The translations under genes were made by a program, and so were the position numbers. DNA of 63,816 nt, counting the filler, from Octopus bimaculoides (lineage: Eukaryota), in assembly GCF_001194135.2 (NCBI RefSeq). It is 9 parts of 7 records of this genome, joined end to end, with 100 filler letters (N's around TTAATTAATTAA, not from the genome) between each part and the next. Parts side by side here need not be neighbours in the genome. Positions count along the whole stretch, not along the records: positions 8,383 to 15,393 come from NC_068988.1; positions 15,494 to 28,925 come from NC_068999.1; 7 more parts are not named here. One strand, 5' to 3'. Of the stretch, positions 12,011 through 27,030 are shown one piece after another (within the stretch, counting starts at the first letter, position 1; the number at the start of each line of letters is the position of its first letter). The notes below the pieces were generated by a model. That model saw nothing but the letters and a program-made list of their open reading frames with translations. It was not told where the DNA came from and searched no databases.

Positions 12011-12767
12011 CGACGACGATGTTGACGATGACGGTTTTCTTTTTACTCTGATTGCAGTGATTTTGGTTATAAAGATATGATGACGCTTAGACAAGGCTCT
12101 TGTGTACGTTCTTGGAGAGCCATAATGTCAACAAATGTCTACTATGGAAGACAAACTTATACAATTTCAATGATTTACATTACAGATATTCCGAATAGAT
12201 GACTAATCACAGCTATGAGTTTACTGCTTCTGACAAAATCAAGAAGTTTTCTCTGTCCACAACAAATTATATCACGGATAAAGGAAGCAAAGATATCTAC
12301 TGATTCTTGTATGATAGCAGGAAGGCTTAAAAAAACATTAGGTATTACAAATACATTTGAAGGATCAGAAGATTATCTTATAATAACGAGAAGAAATTGA
12401 TGATGATGAAACGTAGGGATGTAGATAATTGGCGAAAAGTAAAATCGATTCCATTGAGAATACGCTGTAGCCATACAATGTAATTATATTGATTAAAATA
12501 AAAATGGTAATTTGGACAAAAAGTGTTGTTTTTATTTCTTATATAAGTTATATTAGTGAAAACAAAACAAAAAGACAAATGCATTTTATATNNNNNNNNN
12601 NNNNNNNNNNNNNNNNNNNNNNNNNNNNNNNNNNNNNNNNNNNNNNNNNNNNNNNNNNNNNNNNNNNNNNNNNNNNNNNNNNNNNNNNNNNNNNNNNNNN
12701 NNNAAATCATATGAGAACAGCATCACAGCAAAGGTAATGCCGGCAGCGGTGACGACAACGATGAGGC

Positions 12768-12828
<61 letters not shown>

Positions 12829-12987
12829 GATGATGATGATAATGACGTTTCTGTTTTGTTGCCTCTGCTGCTGCTGTTGCTGCTGCTGTTGATGATGTGA
12901 TGATGATCATGATGATCATGATGATCATGATGATCATGATGATCATGATGATCATGATGATCATGATGATCATGATCACGATGACGA

Positions 12988-12990
<3 letters not shown>
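12768..12990. repeat. Compound (GAT)n/(GGT)n/(GCT)n and 9-mer (GATGATCAT)n repeat
   Basis: Direct reading. Confidence 0.9.
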
Positions 12991-13018
<28 letters not shown>

Positions 13019-13159
13019 GTGCGTGTTCACGCTTTGCCTGTCCAAAGCAGTTTTATGAGTCTGTCCTAAACGTCCATACTCGTTTGCAGACTTTTAATTA
13101 GATCTTGTTTCATATGTTCAGAGTAATCTTTTATCATTTTTTTCCTACTTTTTTTCAAA

Positions 13160-13345
13160 AATTAGACTGCGGCAATGCTAGGGCACCGCTTTGAAGAATT
13201 TTTATCTGAATGAATTGAACCTAATACTTATTTTATTTTTTTTTTTTTTTTGTAAGCCTCGTACTTATTCTATCGGTTATTTTTACTGAACCGCTAAGTT
13301 ACGGGAATGTAACCATACCAACATCAGTTGTCTAGCAGTGGTGAG
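13160..13345 (-). mobile_element. SINE family A, 3' half; a plus-strand 5' fragment follows at ~13425-13498
   Basis: gactgcggc.atgct.gggcaccgc...gtacttattctatcgg...gaaccgctaagttacggg. Confidence 0.75.
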
Positions 13346-13509
13346 AGACAAATACAGACACAAACACACACACGCACACACACATATACACAAACATACA
13401 CACAAACACACACGTACACATATACAGGGTCTCCTCTACAGGCCTGGGCCGACAAAAGCCTTGCGAGTAGACAAAAATTGAGAAGCGTTGTCGTATACAC
13501 ACACATATA

Positions 13510-14293
13510 CAGGGTGCGATGGGTAAATTGTCTCCATTTTATATTTTTAATTTCGCGCAGGCACATTGTTGGTTCTTTATTTTGTCGACTACACAGCATA
13601 GTAGGGTCAGCTGGGTACCGTCTGTGAGAAAAACAGAAAATTGCACCATGACGCAATTCACTCTGCCAGAAATTTGGGAACGACATGCTGTACTGCTTGA
13701 CATTCGTGCCTGAAGCTCCAATAGACCATTTCAGAGTGTTTTGGTGTCAATCTGAGAACAGTGCAATCTGAGGACATGTGCCAAGAGTGATAAAAATCAA
13801 ACATCCAGTCAACATCATGGTGTTTGGAGTGATCACTAGTGATGGCGATGTTATGCATCCATTCATTTTCACACACGGCCTCAGACTCAACACAGAGACC
13901 TACATCAAGTGCCTGGAGGAGGTAGAGCTGTCCTGGATGAAGAGGGTGGCTGCTGGAAGACTCTAGGTCTGGTAACTGGACTCTGCACCATGCTACACAA
14001 GCAGGAGAACCTAATCAGACAATTTCTTAATATCGTGTCACCTAACTATCCTTCATTATTATGTGTAGGGCGTAGTTGGGCAAAAAAACCAACAAAACTC
14101 CTTGTAACACCAAAGATGAACTAAAAGCAAGGATTATGGCTGCATTCACCAACTGAAACACGGAAACCGTGATTGAAGCTAATGGTAGTTTTATCGAATA
14201 TATTTACTATTTAGTATTTCAAGGTATTTTTATGTAATTTTGGTGAATATATCTGTTAAAATGAGATGTCAGTATTATTTTCATTTTTGCGTC
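13510..14293 (+). mobile_element. Internally deleted Tc1/mariner (maT-like) DNA transposon; right end lost in gap
   Basis: Starts TA|CAGGGTGCG; transposase remnants KHPVNIMVFGVITSDGDVM, LNTETYIKCLEEV, DSAPC (D at 13979-81); stops and deletions. Confidence 0.85.
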
Positions 14294-14857
14294 NNNNNNN
14301 NNNNNNNNNNNNNNNNNNNNNNNNNNNNNNNNNNNNNNNNNNNNNNNNNNNNNNNNNNNNNNNNNNNNNNNNNNNNNNNNNNNNNNNNNNNNNNNNNNNN
14401 NNNNNNNNNNNNNNNNNNNNNNNNNNNNNNNNNNNNNNNNNNNNNNNNNNNNNNNNNNNNNNNNNNNNNNNNNNNNNNNNNNNNNNNNNNNNNNNNNNNN
14501 NNNNNNNNNNNNNNNNNNNNNNNNNNNNNNNNNNNNNNNNNNNNNNNNNNNNNNNNNNNNNNNNNNNNNNNNNNNNNNNNNNNNNNNNNNNNNNNNNNNN
14601 NNNNNNNNNNNNNNNNNNNNNNNNNNNNNNNNNNNNNNNNNNNNNNNNNNNNNNNNNNNNNNNNNNNNNNNNNNNNNNNNNNNNNNNNNNNNNNNNNNNN
14701 NNNNNNNNNNNNNNNNNNNNNNNNNNNNNNNNNNNNNNNNNNNNNNNNNNNNNNNNNNNNNNNNNNNNNNNNNNNNNNNNNNNNNNNNNNNNNNNNNNNN
14801 NNNNNNNNNNNNNNNNNNNNNNNNNNNNNNNNNNNNNNNNNNNNNNNNNNNNNNNNT

Positions 14858-15072
14858 ATATATAAACAAATAATAAATGAGTATATGCATATATACGTAC
14901 AGGTATGTGCATACCTGCATCTACCTGTATATATAGGTGCATATCTGGGTACAGGACATTGCAAACAAAACGTAGACAAGAAAATAATAATAACCAGAGT
15001 ACAGAAAACACACAAGCCACATAGAGAACATTTTCCTTCATCAGCTACCCCCGTTTTAACACCGGCGTTTCG
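14858..15072 (-). repeat. Dispersed repeat family P, second close copy
   Basis: Alignable with 2690-2880 apart from a ~24 bp indel. Confidence 0.75.
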
Positions 15073-15343
15073 AAGAGGTGGGTATATATATTAAAAGAAC
15101 AAGAATGGACACCTCAGTTTTATGCAGCAAGCGTTTCCGTAGCATGGTCATTTATTCAATAATGCATAATATTACGTAAATTAATATTATTACACAACCC
15201 CACCAATTCATCAGGCAGTGTCATCTTGTTCCCCACTCATATATATATATCCCATTGGAGACTCAAATTCTTTTTTAATTATCACTTTATACTTGTACTT
15301 TGTGTCTATATTCCCTTAGAATTTAACTCTGTGTGTGTGTGTG

Positions 15344-15393
<50 letters not shown>

Positions 15394-15775
15394 NNNNNNN
15401 NNNNNNNNNNNNNNNNNNNNNNNNNNNNNNNNNNNNNTTAATTAATTAANNNNNNNNNNNNNNNNNNNNNNNNNNNNNNNNNNNNNNNNNNNNGATAGAG
15501 GAAGATGTTGAATCAAATCATTATCTGATCCTCTTTCCTTTTATCTAAAACCAGGTAACCTTCAGTTCCATCTCGTGTATATATATATCCACTAAAGGTA
15601 AAAAAGGCATGAGCAATTGTTAACGATTTTGAAAAAGGGATTATCAAGACATTGTAAATTTGTCGATTAAAAATAGTGATAGAAAAGTGAGGGTCATCTA
15701 TGTATCTAGGTAACCAATTATGTCGAGCACGCAGGTAGGCCATGCGGAATTTGAACACATAATCCTATAGCCAAT

Positions 15776-15860
15776 TCCAGTACCTTGAATCGATACTTAT
15801 ATTATCGACCCACAAAGAGCGACAATGTTGGCCTCGAAGATATTTGAACTCTAAGAGCTC
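15776..15860 (-). mobile_element. SINE family B (Nin/Deu-like domain) fragment
   Basis: gatacttatattatcgaccc...ggcctcgaagatatttgaactc resembles the rc of 25145-25305. Confidence 0.55.
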
Positions 15861-17494
15861 TAAGAATTATAACATTCTTTCTGATGCCCTCATTTTTGCC
15901 AGTTCAACAAAATTGTAATCTGTGTATTAAAATGATCGTCTTAATTTCAAATCCAGCCAATGTCAATTTAGCTTTCCATTCTTCCTGGGTCAAGTAAACA
16001 AAATACGAAACAAGCTCTGATTCTTGCTCTTTCTTTCTTTCTCTCTCTCTCCCTCCTTCTCTTCCTCACTACAATTGTCTACACTGCCCTGTGTCTTGTG
16101 GAAGAACCAGTTACAATGTTCCTGTTCAATAATATGGGGTAATATATGAACGATAGTTTAGCAACCATTTCTTTTCTAGAATGCTACAGCAACCATCCAA
16201 CGTGGCTGCCATGGAACGACCAATGAGGTTTATGACACGTACTGTTAAAAAAAAAAATAGCACATCACTCCATTCCAATGATTTTTTTTTTTTTGTTCTT
16301 GTTCTGTGTAAACTAGTTTTGTTTCTTTTGAAATTTCTTCCAACTCTAGCAGACAGTGATAATATTTGTATACGAGACTTGTTAAACGACATTAATCTAA
16401 GTAAACTTATAAACAATATCGAATCTAACAGAAGTGAGGGAAGAGATAGGTCGTTAGCTAACTCACATAGATACATACATACAACACGCACATATTGGTA
16501 TGTTTACTTACATACGTTAGTAGGCTTACATGTATACGTATAATCTTATAAAAAGAGGAATAAAATAGACATAACGCATTCTCCTATACGCTCACAAACA
16601 CATACCCAAATACATACAGATACCCATCCATACATAGACTTTGGTGGAAACAACATACGAATAGAAATACATGCTTATATTTATAAATACGAAGGCATAA
16701 GCGTAGACACACACAAACATAGGTACATGCACACGCGCAGATATATATTCAGACACACAGAAACAATACTTACACACACAAACGAACGAAAGCATATACG
16801 AATGCAAACACAGAAAAATACCTGCGTTCAAAGTCAGTACTTGCACACGAGCACATATACACATGCATATCTTTAGAGACATACAAACATAGACGCGCAC
16901 ACGTGTACACGAGCACATATACACAGGCATATCTTTAGAGACATACAAGCATACACACTTTATGTGTGCATGTACACAACACACACTGGCATCCAGTAAC
17001 ATACGCATGTACGTATATAGTGTAAGACCTAGAAAGACAGAGAGAGATACACACACACGCAGAATGAGAGAGAGAGAGAGAGAGAGGCATCGCGAAATGT
17101 TGCGGTCTTTGTGTATTCCAGGAATAATACATATCGTATCTATGCAATGCTAATGAAATCGATCGTGCATCACATATAGCGGAGTAGTGGTAGGTTAACA
17201 TGCACACCACATATCCCGTCATATGTTATAGCAACATGCGAATGCACATGAATATGCATGAGCAACATGCAGCATTACATATGTGTATATACACATATAT
17301 GCGTGTGCGTATGTATGTGTGCATGTGTGTGCATGTGTTCGTATGCAGTTATCAATGTGTGTTTAATTTTCTTTCTCACAATCACATTTACGTATCAATC
17401 TGGCTGCAGGACTGTTTACATCTCCCTCTGTATTGACACCAACCACCTCCTTTTTCATCCTACTCTCTCCTCTCCTGTCTTCTCTCTCTTTCTC

Positions 17495-17541
<47 letters not shown>

Positions 17542-17890
17542 TTCTTTCTCTCTCTCTCCCCATCTCCTATCTCTTTATCTATCTTTGCATTGAAACAGCT
17601 TATTCGATCGATCGATCGATCAATCGATTGATTTATCTATCCGAATGCCAATTTTTCTGCCGCGCCTGTCTCCATAACATCCCGCATTTTTATTATCATC
17701 ATCATCATCATTTTTATTGTTATTAGTATTATTATTATTATTATTATTATCATTATTTGTGCTGGTGTTTAAGTTGATGGTGTTTAGTGTTAATATATTT
17801 ATTTCACTACTATCTCTACCCGCCTATCTGAATGTATTTGTCTATCCATAAATGCGTGTGTCTTTGTTTCGGTGTTTTCATACATAACAG

Positions 17891-17925
<35 letters not shown>

Positions 17926-18017
17926 TACAGGAACACGAAAACACGCACACATACCATTGTATATGTGTGCGAGTGTGCGTGTGTATGCGTAAATCGGTAG
18001 GCAGACGCTCATGAGTG

Positions 18018-18062
18018 AAGGCACGTGGTTTAGTGGTTAGGGTGGTCCACTCACGATCGTTG
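18018..18062 (+). mobile_element. tRNA-like SINE head fragment
   Basis: gaaggcacgtggtttagtggttagg...cacgatcgt, similar to the head at 58861. Confidence 0.55.
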
Positions 18063-18221
18063 TGGTGGTGTATCCTTTGAAGAGAAAGGCTGAGTGGATA
18101 TCACATGAAGAAGAAAACCAGAAATATTTCATACAATCGTATAATGATATGTTTTACACGATATAAATTGGAAATAGACGGATATTTCCTTTCTTTACTG
18201 TATACACATTAATAAGTCTGC

Positions 18222-18300
18222 GAACTGGCAGAATCGGAAGCACACCGGGGAAAATCTTTAGCAGTGCGTTGTCCGTTTGTGTGTTCTGAGTTCGAATTCC
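18222..18300 (+). mobile_element. SINE family B head
   Basis: gaactggcagaatcg.aagcac.ccgg...ttctgagttcgaattcc (B box). Confidence 0.65.
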
Positions 18301-21060
18301 TCCTCAATATATTACTTTTATCGACAGGCATTTCTTTTCAACCAGTCGTGTCTCCGAAATTGCATTTGGGCTAGGTTATTTAAATGGTTCTTAGATTTTG
18401 AGTTATGGCAAAGGGTATCAAAACTTCAATAGATCTTTCAAATTCATTCGCTAGTAACATAGATTGCAGTACTTTGTTATATAACGTTATACAGTTTTCT
18501 GGCAAAAGGATAACTGTACAAAACCAAAGATACCTTGTTATCCCTGTAATCTCCCAGATAAGGTGATTGTAATAAGTTACATCTAAAACAAAGCAATCCC
18601 ACCAAACTATATGATGAGGACCTAACTTGCATTTCCCCGTACCCAGAAAAACCGAAAAGAAAAACCACTGGGCCATGGATATCCAGAGTTAACACAAGAA
18701 TAATAGAAAATTCAAATATGAAGTAACTTATATGCATACGTCATGTGTGTGTGTGTGTGTGTGTTTGTGTAGGAGGAGGAGGTAATTATGAAAATAAATA
18801 CTTCGAACATTCTACTAGAATATTTTTCTTTGTAAAGTATTTAGCAAAGTGCTCAGCGGGATGAACAAATATTTATTTAGAGAGATGTGCGATATGTAAT
18901 GATACTTAATGATGGTTGTAACAAAGCTAGATACTATGTTCATGCATACAGAGATACGAACATATATACTTGTTACATGTGTGTTTGTGTGTGTGTGTGA
19001 ACGAAAGAGTACGTCTACATAGTCATATGTGTCTCTTTGCATATACTCAGCACAATGTCATTAGAGAGAACGACAAACTATCAAACCGACGTATAACCAC
19101 ACACACACACACAGACACACACACACGCACACTGATACACTGCTACTGATAGAAGAGGAAAGATGGTTATAGAGATTGGATTAACATACACATTAACACG
19201 TACAGATATATCACCAAGTCAGACATTTAGTGTCTAAAAGCCTCCTGCCTTTTCTTCAAATGCGAACGTGAGACAGGTCGAGAAAGCATCTTTACAAGCT
19301 ATCCAATTACGATAATGCATCGAACTGTTGTATAAATGATAGCCTGTAGTAGTAATAGACGTTAGTAGTTAGGTCTATAAGATAATATATGGCGTTACTA
19401 AAGCAAAAATTGACATCTAAGACGATACTGCTGCTATAATGGAAACAGATGAAACCATTTATATTAACCAGTTACAATCGGGTAGTTATTGCCTGTTCTA
19501 GTAATCTGGCCTGTTTGCTAAATATTAAAAGATATTCTCTCTTTCGGTCCTTAGCATCAGCAAGCTACATAATGAAATATGTGCAAAGGAAGCGGACGGA
19601 TGAGTCTAATATATCATTATAGAGCGGTTGTGTGTATGTTTATATTTCTGCGTTCCCTTCTGATTACCACTTTGAAGGCCAGGGAGAGTATTTGTCTATG
19701 TGTATCTTGAGTGGCTCCACTAAGAATGCTGTTGTGTCTGTAACAGAAAGGTGGGTGGGAAGCTATTCCCGAATGGTTACCGTTTTGTGTGGTTTCTGCT
19801 TGCGTGTGTTTGAAAGAATCTCTGTGAATGTGGGTTTGTTAGCAGTCGTGTGTGGTTTCTATTTTGTGAGTGTTTTGTAAGCGAGGCAGGAGTTATACTT
19901 TTGTAACAGGTTTTGAGAGCGATTGTGGTATTGCTTGTGTGTAGAAAGAGAGATAGACACACACATATACACCACACATATATTTGAACATATTTACTCA
20001 TGCACACTCATATATACATATATGCATGTGTGTGTGTGTGTGTGTGTGCGTGTATAAAAAGATAGACCGAATGGAAGAAACAATTCATTTTATCTAATTT
20101 TCACTCTTCCCATCTCCCACTTCTCTCACTGTATGTGTGTGTATGTGTCTATCTGTGTGTGTGTATACACACACACAGAGCTAGATACAGATACACACAC
20201 CACACACACAAGGTTAGAGAGGGAGAGGTGGATGTATAGATACATTGATAATTAGACAGAAATCTCTACATATGTGTAAAACTAATCTGCATATGCAAAT
20301 GCTAATCAGACAAATGAAGGCAATATTTAATTACCAACTCCAAAGTTTATCGATTCCAAATCAGTCAGTATTACTTGGAATATGTGTGTGTGTATGTATG
20401 TATGCATGTATGTATGTATGTATGTATCGGTAAGTATTATTGTAATATGATTACATCATTGTCATATATGCAAGTGCGTTATATGGAAATATATGGAGAT
20501 ACGTTATTCGAATATATACAATTACATTATTCAAATATATGTGAGTACGTTATTGCAATATATGTGCGTAAGCTATTTGGAATATATNNNNNNNNNNNNN
20601 NNNNNNNNNNNNNNNNNNNNNNNNNNNNNNNNNNNNNNNNNNNNNNNNNNNNNNNNNNNNNNNNNNNNNNNNNNNNNNNNNNNNNNNNNNNNNNNNNNNN
20701 NNNNNNNNNNNNNNNNNNNNNNNNNNNNNNNNNNNNNNNNNNNNNNNNNNNNNNNNNNNNNNNNNNNNNNNNNNNNNNNNNNNNNNNNNNNNNNNNNNNN
20801 NNNNNNNNNNNNNNNNNNNNNNNNNNNNNNNNNNNNNNNNNNNNNNNNNNNNNNNNNNNNNNNNNNNNNNNNNNNNNNNNNNNNNNNNNNNNNNNNNNNN
20901 NNNNNNNNNNNNNNNNNNNNNNNNNNNNNNNNNNNNNNNNNNNNNNNNNNNNNNNNNNNNNNNNNNNNNNNNNNNNNNNNNNNNNNNNNNNNNNNNNNNN
21001 NNNNNNNNNNNNNNNNNNNNNNNNNNNNNNNNNNNNNNNNNNNNNNNNNNNNNNNNNNNN

Positions 21061-21099
<39 letters not shown>

Positions 21100-22306
21100 C
21101 ATATAATCATATTTTTATACATGCTGACATACCTACCTACACAGTGATAAGCTTGTCGTACGTCTGTGTATAAGAGGACACTATTGAGAATTTATATCAG
21201 CCGTAGCCTAAAGGTTGTCACACATATTTTAATAGCAAAACTTTATAAGTGATCGGGACAGGCATTATATGTACGTAGGTATATTCACAAATAATTGGCG
21301 ATTAAGGTACAGCTTTATTAGTACAATGAAATACAAATACTTGTACTAGCTTTAAGGCGAGTTTTAAAGTTCAAGAAAATTATTTATTTCAAGACCTCTT
21401 CACAGCAATCGTTTTAGGGAACTGCGCACCGTTAGTTCCCTGTACGCATGCAGATGTACATACATATAAACACATGTACAAACATATGCATACACAAGAG
21501 TGCATATATATAATACACAAAAATATACGAGTAAGTTATACACACACAGAAATATATATATATGTATATATATATATGTATGTATTTGAGAGGGGAGAGA
21601 AAGTGAGGAAGAGCGGGGTGGAGACCGAACCTGTACTCAACCGATTTTCCGGTAGTTTTAGTTGCAGACCCGTCGACGATTAATTATCCATTTTAGCGAA
21701 CTATTACAGACTGCAAAATAATTATAGATGGAAGCTGTCGCCACGGTTTTGATAGCTTTGACGGTACTTAAAGCATCACTAAGTACACTTGCTTATTGAC
21801 TTGCATCGCATTATTGAAGTAGATATATTTATCATCTTTCTCAACAACAATATATGAACAAGAAAATATTTAAAATAAAGAAAAATTGGTTGTTTGCACC
21901 TGGATACGCTCCACGGCCGTCTCTTGAAAGGAATGCGTATAACGACGTATACTAAACAGTTTCTTTTCATAAAAGGACAAGATTATGCTCCGTGGTAAAT
22001 GATAATTATCAATTAACATGTTACTCGCTGTTAGGTTTTCGAGAAAGTGTTTTCAGACGTTACAGTTCTGGCTTTAGATATAAACTTAAGCATGTGTACC
22101 AAGATATAATTACATGTAATGCGTACACGTGATCGTCCATAACCGGAGTAGGCTACACCAAAGCGGGGTAGACTTTCATCTGCAGAAGAATCGCGTGTAT
22201 ATATATATAGTTTTGCCACTGACGTTCAGACATTGTACTTTTCGTTTAATATTGTATATGTTTATATGTGCATACATATATATGCATGTATGTATAAGAT
22301 ACATGC

Positions 22307-22364
<58 letters not shown>

Positions 22365-22804
22365 CATATATGTGTGTGATCTGTTAATAATTCAGTTACG
22401 TTGAGTGAAACGTCAGGTGTGAAAAAATAACGAATTCCACAGTACTAGGGGTGATTCATCAATTTCGAAGGAAGCATCTTCGCCCTAATTTTGTGACAGT
22501 AGTCGCAAGGACTCTGGGAAAACTTTCCGATTTCTTGCAAACAACTAACATCAGTTTTACTTAGTTTTATACTTATACTAAAACACGTAGATTCCTACAA
22601 GTAAACACATACCAAAAAAATAAGTATATAGGTATGTGTGAAAATGGAATGTGTGTGTGTATATGTGTGTATATGATCTTATATTTATGTCAGTATGGTG
22701 GTATGTGATTATGCATAAGTGTGTATACACACACACACACGTACATCTGTACGTATGTGTAAATATATGTGTGCGTGTATATTTACTCACACACATTTCT
22801 GTTG

Positions 22805-22840
<36 letters not shown>

Positions 22841-22952
22841 GGTATGTATGTTTATATGTATATATATGTATGTTTATATGTATATATATATATGTATGTT
22901 TATATGTATATATATATATGTATGTTTATATGTATATATATATATGTATGTT

Positions 22953-23006
<54 letters not shown>

Positions 23007-24267
23007 AATTTCTCTCTTTCACTCTCTCAATTTATATATGTATACATATATATAGTGTATGCTTATAAATATATGAATATATATATATATACAACGTATA
23101 CTTATAAATATATGAATATACATATGTGTGTCTATGTGTGCTATTTCACCAAAGTAAAATTAATAGCAACATATAATTTATAGAAAACAAAAGTTGAAAG
23201 CATGCAATTGGCCACCATACATATATAAAGACTTCAATAACTTTAATATGCCACCGTATAATATGAATAGTTTCTCTTTTGTTCATATAAAACATCTTAA
23301 TTGCTTCTGGATTGCTGTAATGTTGTGTTACTATAATTTCTAAATTTCCTACATTAAAAATTAATGTGGCGCTTTCAAAGTATACAAAGCCTCGTGGATC
23401 AACATAACAGTTTTTTGGAGGATCTTTTTTTTGTTTTTCTTTATATTCTAATTAAAGGCGAACATTAAATCGTAAAAATGTTTAGACATTTAACTATGAA
23501 CGTTATATACAAACACACACGTATGTATACATGTTTATATGTATACATATTGATATGAATATATANNNNNNNNNNNNNNNNNNNNNNNNNNNNNNNNNNN
23601 NNNNNNNNNNNNNNNNNNNNNNNNNNNNNNNNNNNNNNNNNNNNNNNNNNNNNNNNNNNNNNNNNNNNNNNNNNNNNNNNNNNNNNNNNNNNNNNNNNNN
23701 NNNNNNNNNNNNNNNNNNNNNNNNNNNNNNNNNNNNNNNNNNNNNNNNNNNNNNNNNNNNNNNNNNNNNNNNNNNNNNNNNNNNNNNNNNNNNNNNNNNN
23801 NNNNNNNNNNNNNNNNNNNNNNNNNNNNNNNNNNNNNNNNNNNNNNNNNNNNNNNNNNNNNNNNNNNNNNNNNNNNNNNNNNNNNNNNNNNNNNNNNNNN
23901 NNNNNNNNNNNNNNNNNNNNNNNNNNNNNNNNNNNNNNNNNNNNNNNNNNNNNNNNNNNNNNNNNNNNNNNNNNNNNNNNNNNNNNNNNNNNNNNNNNNN
24001 NNNNNNNNNNNNNNNNNNNNNNNNNNNNNNNNNNNTATATATATATGTATGTATGTATTAGATGTATATATGTATGCATGTATTAGATCTATACATGTAT
24101 GTATGTATTATATATATATATATATATAATACATACATACATATATATATAATGATATTCATGCCTATAAATATTTAATACGCCTAACAACCAAATTATC
24201 TCCTTTTATATTTTCTCAGTATATGTTATATGTGGTGTGTATGTGTGTGTGTGTGTGNNNNNNNNNN

Positions 24268-24300
<33 letters not shown>

Positions 24301-25144
24301 TATATTTATATATACGTATGTGTACGTATATATACACATTCATAAATATATTTTTAAAATTATGTTGATATATAAATATATATACATATATATGTGTATT
24401 CGATATATATATATATGTATATGTGTATGCATTAGATGTATATATATATATATATGTATGTATGTATTAGATGTATATATGTATGCATGTATTAGATCTA
24501 TACATGTATGTATGTATTATATATATATATATATATAATACATACATACATATATATATAATGATATTCATGCCTATAAATATTTAATACGCCTAACAAC
24601 CAAATTATCTCCTTTTATATTTTCTCAGTATATGTTATATGTGGTGTGTATGTGTGTGTGTGTGTGTGTTTGACAAGAACCATTATATAAGATTCTTTCA
24701 ATAGAGCTGTGCGTTTATCTTTTCTGATCGAAACTCTTTCACTTTATTCTCAAAATTTATGTTCGTATGGAATTACATGAAGACCAAAGTCACTCTTTTC
24801 TTGATTTGGTAGCGAATAACGAAGCATCATGTGACAAATATAGTGCAATTCATTGAAAGGTTTGCGGACTAAATTTTAAGAAAATACATTGAGCAAGTTT
24901 TTTCCTCGGTGCCTGAAGACATTGTAAAGTTTGACCTCGGTTTCAATACACAGAAATATTTTCATTCCTTATCTTCGTGTTCTTGTATTCTTTGAACTCT
25001 ATCATTATATTACTTTAAAATAACTTGTGAAACTCCGGCCCCGTTTCACAACAGATTGTTGAAACCGCCAAATGTGCTTCTGCGCTTTCCCTCCTTCATA
25101 CTAAGGAAATTAATTTGTATTTTCTGAAATTTGGTTATTATGAA

Positions 25145-25305
25145 GTGAACTGGCAAAATCGTTAGCACGCCGGACAAAATATTTCGCGGCACTTCGTCTG
25201 TCATTAGTTTCTGAGTTCAAATTCCACTGAGATCGATTGTGCCATTCATCATTTCCGGTAATGACAAAATAAGTACTAGATGAACACTGGGGTTCGATCT
25301 AATCC
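25145..25305 (+). mobile_element. SINE family B, tRNA-derived with Nin/Deu-like domain
   Basis: gaactggcaaaatcgttagcacgccgg...gagttcaaattcc...gccattcatcatttccgg...aaaataagtac resembles the Nin/Deu motif (TTCATCCTT..GGTCGATAAAAT.AGTACC). Confidence 0.75.
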
Positions 25306-25545
25306 CGAAATTGCTCACCTTCTGGCAAAATTTGAAATCATCATTATGTAGCTTACTCCTCACTGTTCGGTTTTCGAGAGATTGTCCTAGAGAGGTTTCT
25401 TCTCCAGATGATTTTGTATTCAAACATCTATCACGCATAAGTGCGAAACGAATTTTCCTTGGGGGTGCGAATTCAGATCCAATTTTTTTTACAACTAAGC
25501 TCGATTTTTTTCAGCCTCAGTATCAACACAAACATAGGTATCATA

Positions 25546-25546
<1 letters not shown>

Positions 25547-25600
<54 letters not shown>

Positions 25601-25639
25601 NNNNNNNNNNNNNNNNNNNNNNNNNNNNNNNNNNNNNNN

Positions 25640-25676
<37 letters not shown>
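25547..25676. repeat. (TTA)n - gap - (TAG)n microsatellite
   Basis: Direct reading. Confidence 0.9.
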
Positions 25677-26584
25677 TCTCGTTCACTTTTGAGCGCCCTC
25701 GGTTTTACTTGCTCTAGTTGATTCTGTGAGGGCTGACAGCACCCTGTTGTCAGAAGTCTCACAGGGTCCCTTTTCGCAAGTTATGAGCTATGGTACTTGG
25801 ATGTTAACACCGTGGCAGACACCCAACGCCAAAGCACCAATCTCGAAATCCTAGCTGTCCCCAATTGGGTACTTTTTCGGGCCTGCACTGCCCTCATATC
25901 AATTATCATTATTACTTTTATTATTATTATTATCGTTGTTGTTATTGTTCTTGTTTTTCTTATTATATTTGCATGTCAAATCAAGGAAAAAATTCTGGCG
26001 ATTGAAAACGATGACGTTCAATTGATTGTACGAGCTTTATGAAACAACTTGTAAGGGATACAATCTGACAAGGCTGGGTTTGATCTCAGACGTGAGATAG
26101 GGAGATAATCAAATACGATGTTTTTAGTCGGACACTCATACAGTTATCACCATTTTACAAGCATTTGGTAATTAAGTAATTAGACTCATTTTAAAAATAA
26201 TTACTGGAATGTCTGATGAAGTATTGCCATTTAATTTCCTGAAGACTGCAGGCTAAGAGGTAGTCTTGTAACTATGTTTTCATCCCTGTTAGCAAACGTT
26301 TGGTTTGATTTATATAAGTGGTAGGTTCTCCGTCAATCTCGACGAAGAGCATTCCTTTGGTTAAATGACTGAAATTCTACTCGCAAAATACAGTAAGCGG
26401 CTGAGTATACGTTGGACATGTGCGCCCTTATTAGATCGCAGGCTTATTCAGTGATTCCGTGTTACAACGTCTGAACATTGAATTTTAGGCATCGTTCAGA
26501 GAAAAGAGAAAGGAGGAGAGGACGAAGAGAGGGAGAGAGAATAATCGACAGCAAACTTGAGCATTTTCCTTTTTTTCTTTTTCG

Positions 26585-27030
26585 CTTCACTCATTAGACT
26601 ACGGCCATGCTGGGGCACCATCTTGTAAGGTATATTCGAACAAACCAACCACACGAGTTATTTTTAAGACTGGTACTTATTCTATTGATATCTTTCCCCG
26701 AACCGCTAAGTTAGAGCGATGTAAACAAACTAACACCGGTTGCCAATCGGTGGTAAGGGACTGACACAGACACGAAAACTCACACAGGTTTTAATGAGCC
26801 CGAGGCTACAACAGAAGATACTCAACCAATATGTCACGCAGTGGGACAGAACCCAGAACCATGTGGTTGGGAAGCAAACTTCTTACCTCGATGGTCTTTC
26901 TCATAGTTTCTGACTACCAAATTCACTCACAAGATTTTGGTCGGTGCCAGAACTTATAATACAAGACACCAAGACACTTGCACCAAATGCAACTCGGTGG
27001 CACTGGATCCGAAACCACGTGATCGCGAAG
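26585..27030 (-). mobile_element. Two adjacent degenerate SINE family A copies (26585-26887 internally deleted; 26895-27030 5' half)
   Basis: actacggccatgctggggcacc...gaaccgctaagtta...cacgcagtgggacagaaccc.gaaccatgtggttgggaagc; then ctaccaaattcactcacaag...gacacttgc. Confidence 0.75.

Noticed and set aside
16165-16232. Possible exon after the acceptor-like tttcttttctag
   Set aside because: Weak donor and no recognisable peptide; cannot be supported without transcripts.
24060-24667. Near-identical ~200 bp direct duplication
   Set aside because: The copies flank a 10-N gap and differ mainly in microsatellite length; most likely unmerged contig ends or haplotypes.
26209-26258. CTGATGA...GAAG-ACTGCAGG hammerhead-like motif
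   Set aside because: GAAA and U16.1 are altered, with no stem I and a poor stem II; at best a decayed copy.
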